A stretch of DNA of 64,000 nt from sequence record LC819008.1. One strand, written 5' to 3'. The position numbers and the translations under genes were made by a program. Positions 59,299-64,000 of the stretch are shown piece after piece. Numbering within the stretch: position 1 is the first letter of the stretch; the number at the start of each line of letters is the position of its first letter. The notes beneath the pieces were generated by a model. It saw only the letters and a program-made list of their open reading frames with translations. It searched no databases and was not told where the DNA came from.

Positions 59299-59634
59299 TT
59301 ATCGACACTGTTCCACCCGCTGACGTGTCTTGGTGATCACGTACAGGAGTTGGTCGATGTATTTGTTTTGCTTGTCCATGTAGTCTTGCAAGAAGGCATC
59401 CATGGTTCCGTTTTTAATATCGTCATCGGTGAAGCTTTGAAACTTCTTCCGATCGAACTGAGGACGACGTGTGTAACGAGGCATGTTCTCCTGTTCACAC
59501 AAGTCAACCATCATTCTATTCTGTTTGGTAATATATTCCTGATTTTTGTCTATCTGTGGAGGATCAGGTTGTTTCGGTTCTTGCGCGCATGCAGCCAGGA
59601 ACGCGAAGAGAACCCCCGTCAAAATTTTCTTCAT
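59299..59634 (-). CDS. Small lipoprotein, o-spanin candidate
   Basis: Lipobox 'FLAAC', Ala at +2 (no Lol-avoidance Asp), Pro-rich after the Cys, and further Cys residues. Confidence 0.65.
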   Translation of the reverse strand: MKKILTGVLFAFLAACAQEPKQPDPPQIDKNQEYITKQNRMMVDLCEQENMPRYTRRPQFDRKKFQSFTDDDIKNGTMDAFLQDYMDKQNKYIDQLLYVITKTRQRVEQCR

Positions 59635-59693
59635 CTCTTCAATCCGGCAAAATGACCCCGGGAACGGAGCTCTGTTTAGGAGCCCCGTTTTCC

Positions 59694-60191
59694 CTAATCG
59701 TCGTACTTATCAAAGAAATCCGAATAGGACTTCTTCCGTCTAGCGGCTACTGATTCAGAAGCGACCTGGTCCTGGTCTGACTGCTCCTGAGTGCGCGCTT
59801 TGCGGTGCTGCTCGGCCTTCGTTTTAAAAGCTGCCACGACGTTGTGTTCGGGTGGTTCTGGAAGTCGTCCAGGGATTTCCGCGGGATTCACACACGTGAC
59901 AGAGTTCAAAGTTGGTCGCGCTGCCAACTTGTCTTCTAACTCTTTGATACGTAATTCCATCCGGTGAACGTTAGCAGCTTCAACGGACTTCTCTAGCTTG
60001 ATGTGTTCCTGCGACAACTGGTAGAATTTGGGAATGATCAGGAAGAGCGCGAAGATCAATCCCGAAACAAAGAAAAGCAGGAACACTTTCTTTCTTTGAG
60101 TCCTCATCCCCTCTTTCAGGGTAATCCCACCTAGAACCAATTCTTTTAAGAACGGCCAGATGAGCCTGAAGATGTAAAATGCTGATGACAT
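59694..60191 (-). CDS. Inner-membrane protein with coiled coil, i-spanin candidate
   Basis: TM 'VFLLFFVSGLIFALFLII' preceded by basic residues and followed by a heptad-like helix; lies upstream of the lipoprotein. Confidence 0.55.
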   Translation of the reverse strand: MSSAFYIFRLIWPFLKELVLGGITLKEGMRTQRKKVFLLFFVSGLIFALFLIIPKFYQLSQEHIKLEKSVEAANVHRMELRIKELEDKLAARPTLNSVTCVNPAEIPGRLPEPPEHNVVAAFKTKAEQHRKARTQEQSDQDQVASESVAARRKKSYSDFFDKYDD

Positions 60192-60300
60192 GCCGAGGAC
60201 CTCTTATCCATTTTATGACGGTTCCGTGTTCCTCATGTATTTTACCACTTTTGGTGGGAAAATTCTAACAATTTTTTTGAACTGCTGTATAAGGTGAGCC

Positions 60301-61602
60301 ATGAATACCATCAAAGGCTTTGCTCTCAATCGCAACTTCGTCAACAACGCTCCAGGCGTCGTTGCTGATATCGGCGAGCTTTCACAGCTGGGTTATACCT
60401 TCGCCAAGGAACCCAGGGTGTACTCCTCGCAGACATATCCCACATTATCACTGGTCCACATGCCGACCAAGGGTAGTGGCGTGGGTTTCTCTGCTGCCAT
60501 TCCGGACGATCAGGTCGCACACATCCTGAACGTCATCAACAACATTTACACGAAGTCGCTCAGCAATACGAATCCGATTGCTCCGGGTGAATTCGTGACC
60601 TACCTCCAGAACCAGATGGGTGCCGCTGTGGCAAACATCACGGTCGGTGGTCAGGTGATTTCGGGCAACCGCTCCATCGTCGAATGGATCCAGTGGAACA
60701 ACCCCGCAGTCGACAACACCAACATCAATAAGGTTTGGTTCGTCAACTCGTCTTTCGAAGGTCAGTTCGACGAATACGACTTTACAGTCATTCCGCCGTT
60801 CACGCCCGTCAGCCAGTTCTTCGGCCAACCGGCTGACGTGAAAGCACTGCTCGCTTCGCGCAACTACAATCAGCAAACGCAGGCTATCGAAGATGCGCGT
60901 GGTGGTACGAACGAGTCGTTCGTCTGGGGTAACGAATACAACTACGTGAACCCGGTGAACGCCAACGACAAGACGCCTGCGAAGTTTGCTGTGCTCGGTT
61001 ATGGTGAAGCTGCGAACAACATCGATTTGATCAAGCAAGCGATCGTCGACTACCTGCTCACCAACTCCACGCAAACGCGAGATCAGTGGAAGGCAATTTT
61101 GCCTGACCTTTTTTTGCGTACGGAGGTGATGTTGTTCCCCCAGTGGGGGTCGTTCGCGATTGAGAATGTGGTCGGTGGCAACAACGGCATCTATTCGCCG
61201 ATTCAGTTGCTCTCGTCGATCCTGACTCAGATCACGAACGACGCAACAGGTTACGACCCGACCTTCGTGCAGAACAACGCACAGATCTTCACGTTCCCGT
61301 ATATGTCGATTGCAATCGGCTCGTGCGGCAATGCAGAAAACCGTGACGGCAAGACGAAGCTCTCGGACTGGTTCCCGGATTACTTCTTCACACCCAACAC
61401 ATCGGCTGACTTCAACCGCATGTCTCTCGACACGCAGGGCTGGTTCCAGATGATGATGGCGATGCTGCCGATTGCCCGTGACATGACTTCGGGCTCCACG
61501 GTTCCCAACGGTTATACGCGAGTGATTCGCGGCACGAAGATGTATCTCGCTAAGAGCTACGACGACGTGCAGTTCCTCGTGCAAGCACAGGCGACTCCGT
61601 AA
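60301..61602 (+). CDS. Virion structural protein, phiKZ-like
   Basis: 433 aa with an AAGGTGAG RBS; position after RNase H matches phiKZ-like synteny. Confidence 0.68.
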   Translation: MNTIKGFALNRNFVNNAPGVVADIGELSQLGYTFAKEPRVYSSQTYPTLSLVHMPTKGSGVGFSAAIPDDQVAHILNVINNIYTKSLSNTNPIAPGEFVTYLQNQMGAAVANITVGGQVISGNRSIVEWIQWNNPAVDNTNINKVWFVNSSFEGQFDEYDFTVIPPFTPVSQFFGQPADVKALLASRNYNQQTQAIEDARGGTNESFVWGNEYNYVNPVNANDKTPAKFAVLGYGEAANNIDLIKQAIVDYLLTNSTQTRDQWKAILPDLFLRTEVMLFPQWGSFAIENVVGGNNGIYSPIQLLSSILTQITNDATGYDPTFVQNNAQIFTFPYMSIAIGSCGNAENRDGKTKLSDWFPDYFFTPNTSADFNRMSLDTQGWFQMMMAMLPIARDMTSGSTVPNGYTRVIRGTKMYLAKSYDDVQFLVQAQATP

Positions 61603-62237
61603 TGGCGACTGAACTCCTACCTGGCATTGGGGCTTCGGGGGATTGGACCCTCAAGCCTCCTTACGATTCCAAGTACACCGCTGGTCTCGCTTACAGCTGT
61701 CGGGCGATCAACAAGATCAGTTCCATGGTGGCCACGGGTATTGACGTTCTGAATACCCTTTTCATCCCGGCTGGCTTGGCGCAAGCCGATTACGATGCGG
61801 CAGTGGTGGCGGACCTTTCGATGGTTACGCTGCAATCCGCAGCGGGTCAGCTGATCATCCTGCCTTCGACGTATCTGGCAGGATGGCCCAGTGGGGACTC
61901 CGTACCTTACGCTGTCGTGGGTATGGTGATCAATCTCGGTCCGATTCCGAACACGATCGATCCGACCTTCCTCACGGCGAAGGTTGAGCCTGTCATCAAG
62001 AACGCTCTGGGCCTGGACCCCGAGATCCATTACGTTACGTTGTCGGAGACGACCAACAAGACGTGGGACGATCACGTGGCTCAGGAGAACACACGCACTG
62101 CTGCAATCACGGATGGCAATTCGGATTACATCAAGCGTCTGAATGCCGAGGCTGCTTTGACGGCAGCACAAGCCCAGATCGCAGCACTACAGCAAGTCAT
62201 CATCGATGCTGGTTTGACCATCCCGACAAGCTCATAA
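61602..62237 (+). CDS. Virion structural protein, phiKZ-like
   Basis: 211 aa, TAATG-coupled to the upstream gene, with a C-terminal coiled coil. Confidence 0.62.
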   Translation: MATELLPGIGASGDWTLKPPYDSKYTAGLAYSCRAINKISSMVATGIDVLNTLFIPAGLAQADYDAAVVADLSMVTLQSAAGQLIILPSTYLAGWPSGDSVPYAVVGMVINLGPIPNTIDPTFLTAKVEPVIKNALGLDPEIHYVTLSETTNKTWDDHVAQENTRTAAITDGNSDYIKRLNAEAALTAAQAQIAALQQVIIDAGLTIPTSS

Positions 62238-62249
62238 ACGAAAAAGACT

Positions 62250-62275
62250 CTACTGCTGGCTTCGGCCAGCAGTAG
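62250..62275 (+). terminator. Hairpin
   Basis: 11-bp stem ctactgctggc/gccagcagtag with a UUCG loop. Confidence 0.65.
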
Positions 62276-62305
62276 TGATCTTGTGAATTTAGAATAGAGG
62301 CGTAT

Positions 62306-62965
62306 ATGCAAACCGCGATGCTTTTAAAAAAGAAAGCAGCTATAGGGGTGCTGACCAATCTGTTAATGCCGTTTGACGGAAATTTCACAGATCTGGCAGG
62401 TAATACTGGCATCACCCAAGCCAACTATAGTTTCTTGACAAACCAGAAGTTCGGACAACAGGCAGTCAAGTTCGGATCGAATGGCGGAGTGACTGTTCCG
62501 CTAACATCGAAAATCACTTATGCTGGCGATTTCACAATCGAGACATGGGTATCGATGGGATCGCTAACCGGCGAGCAGATGCTGATTACTGCTGGGGCTG
62601 GGTGTTACATCGACTGCTATACGGGCGGTGCCTATAACGGAGGCGCTCCATGTTTTATTGTTTCGATCAATCCGACGAATAGTCATGCGTCAATGATTGT
62701 CGTTGGCAATAGCTGGACAGTTGGGACACTCCATCACCTGGCACTTTGTCGCTCGGGTTCAACCGTAACTTTGTACGGCGACGGGGCGGTGAAGGGAACA
62801 GTGACCAATACCAACGTGTGGGCGAATTCAAACTGGACGATCGGCAACTACACGTCGTCTCCGCTCTACGGTTTCTCTGGCGGTGTTCAGCAAGTTCGAG
62901 CATCGAATGTCTGCCGCTATACCGGACCATTCACGCCGCCGTCTAGCCCGTTCGTTCTCGATTAA
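62306..62965 (+). CDS. LamG/ConA-like lectin protein (putative tail-associated)
   Basis: 'LLMPFDGNFTDLAG', 'GDFTIETWV', 'WTVGTLHHLALCRSGSTVTLYGDG' and 'VRASNVCRYTGPFTPP'. Confidence 0.78.
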   Translation: MQTAMLLKKKAAIGVLTNLLMPFDGNFTDLAGNTGITQANYSFLTNQKFGQQAVKFGSNGGVTVPLTSKITYAGDFTIETWVSMGSLTGEQMLITAGAGCYIDCYTGGAYNGGAPCFIVSINPTNSHASMIVVGNSWTVGTLHHLALCRSGSTVTLYGDGAVKGTVTNTNVWANSNWTIGNYTSSPLYGFSGGVQQVRASNVCRYTGPFTPPSSPFVLD

Positions 62966-62978
62966 GTGAAGGCAGAAT

Positions 62979-63509
62979 ATGCAAGCACTCGCAAAGATAT
63001 CCGGCACTTGGAAAATTGTTAGACAGATCTTCGTCAAACAAGGCGGAGTCTGGAAAACAGTCAAGCAGGGCTACATCAAAAGTGGAGGAGTCTGGAAACT
63101 CTTCTTCACACTGGGTTTTACCGCTCAGCCACAAACCTTCGTTCTCAGTAGTCATGCGGCTAGTACCGATCTTGCTGAAATTAGTTTAACCGGCATGGGG
63201 GTTACGGATCACGGAGCGCTTCTCTCCGATCTGTTCATGTCGCAGAATTACGATAGTGGCGATGAGAACAGTGTAACGTCGTGGACATATCGAATGATGT
63301 ACGATTCTTCGTCTGCGCCGCCTAGTTGGAGTGGGAATCTGAAAGTAACCAACCTGAGCTCAGGTATTTCTGTAACGCTGTCGCCCACAGCGGACCCCAG
63401 AACGTGGTTGCTTCAAATTCCCAGCGATGGTAGTCAGACGTATCCGGTTAGTCCTTACGACAAATGGATACGTGATTCGATGGATACCTATTCAATCAGT
63501 GAAGCATAA
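62979..63509 (+). CDS. Putative tail fibre/adhesin-like protein
   Basis: Triple 'K-x-[SG]G-x-WK' repeat at the N-terminus, of the kind seen in tail-fibre tip segments; AAGG RBS. Confidence 0.55.
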   Translation: MQALAKISGTWKIVRQIFVKQGGVWKTVKQGYIKSGGVWKLFFTLGFTAQPQTFVLSSHAASTDLAEISLTGMGVTDHGALLSDLFMSQNYDSGDENSVTSWTYRMMYDSSSAPPSWSGNLKVTNLSSGISVTLSPTADPRTWLLQIPSDGSQTYPVSPYDKWIRDSMDTYSISEA

Positions 63510-63516
63510 AGACATA

Positions 63517-63544
63517 GACTACTCTCCCGTAAGGGAGAGTAGTC
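63517..63544. terminator. Hairpin between convergent genes
   Basis: 12-bp stem gactactctccc/gggagagtagtc with a GTAA loop. Confidence 0.7.
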
Positions 63545-63550
63545 GTATGT

Positions 63551-64000
63551 TTAACTGATTACCACATGTTCGTTGTAAACGATATTCGTCGGCAACAACA
63601 CGTTGTCCTTACTCAGCACGCAGGTCTGAGCGAGGTTCGACAAAGCACCGTGGTTAGATTCATAGTGAGACACCATGTAGATCTGACCAAAGGCTTGTTC
63701 GTCCAACAACTTCTTAACGAAGTAGATAGCTGCTTGACGATGAGTATCGTCGAACGCTGCTTCGAACTCGTCCAAGAAGAGGGGCAAGTGTCCAAGCCCA
63801 AGTTGCCTCAGCGCACACATCCGGAAAGCGAAATTGAAAATCGCTAGCATCGAAGCAGAGCCCTCCGCTACATCCTTGTTGGGCTTCCCAGTGCGTTCCT
63901 TCCAGAAAGGGAACTTGTAGTCCATCTCCGCCGTACCATCTTCCATTGTGAAAGGCAGGAGTTCGAGGGGATAGGACCATACGGAACCGACGACCTTGTT
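63551..64000 (-). CDS. SbcC/Rad50/SMC-like ATPase, C-terminal part (5' end outside the window; phiKZ gp165-like)
   Basis: The frame is open to the window edge (NKVVGSVWSYPLELLPF...). Degenerate signature 'VAEGSAS', Walker B 'LFLDEF', D-loop 'FDDTHR' and H-loop 'MVSH'. Confidence 0.82.
   Translation of the reverse strand, partial: NKVVGSVWSYPLELLPFTMEDGTAEMDYKFPFWKERTGKPNKDVAEGSASMLAIFNFAFRMCALRQLGLGHLPLFLDEFEAAFDDTHRQAAIYFVKKLLDEQAFGQIYMVSHYESNHGALSNLAQTCVLSKDNVLLPTNIVYNEHVVIS

Noticed and set aside
1-64000. CRISPR array, tRNA genes, diversity-generating retroelement, IS elements
   Set aside because: I saw no regularly spaced direct repeats, cloverleaf, reverse transcriptase or transposase by eye. 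tRNAscan-SE and a repeat finder would be needed to exclude short ones.
1-64000. Chimallin (nuclear shell) gene
   Set aside because: No ORF of suitable size and context is recognisable here. Nucleus formation is inferred only from PhuZ and the phiKZ-like core genes.

Overview
This 64 kb window is from a phiKZ-like (Chimalliviridae-type, probably nucleus-forming) lytic jumbo myophage, not a bacterial chromosome. Recognisable core genes are: a split family-B DNA polymerase subunit, the tubulin PhuZ, terminase large subunit, baseplate/structural genes, tail sheath and tube, prohead protease, three split subunits of the virion multisubunit RNA polymerase (two beta parts and the NADFDGD-bearing beta' part), a 2039-aa tape-measure/lysin protein, a UvsX/RecA-like protein, RNase H and the 3' end of an SbcC/Rad50-like ATPase. 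Accessory elements include a membrane-anchored BCS1-like AAA+ ATPase inside a cluster of small membrane proteins, a host-like outer-membrane lipoprotein, a GNAT followed by two unannotated basic micro-paralogs, SPRY/LamG lectin proteins sharing an N-terminal leader, a SLOG protein, a possible NADAR-like protein, and a transglycosylase plus candidate spanin pair. Non-coding structure includes a 15-bp early-promoter-like motif found 5 times, many long hairpins often followed by a conserved TT(A/T)TGCYGTC-like box, and a ~480-bp AT-rich divergent region with two mutually exclusive stems. I saw no tRNA, CRISPR array, intein or integrase, and chimallin is not in this window. All homology calls come from motif recognition and gene order, not database searches, so phiKZ gp numbers are recalled equivalences to be verified.
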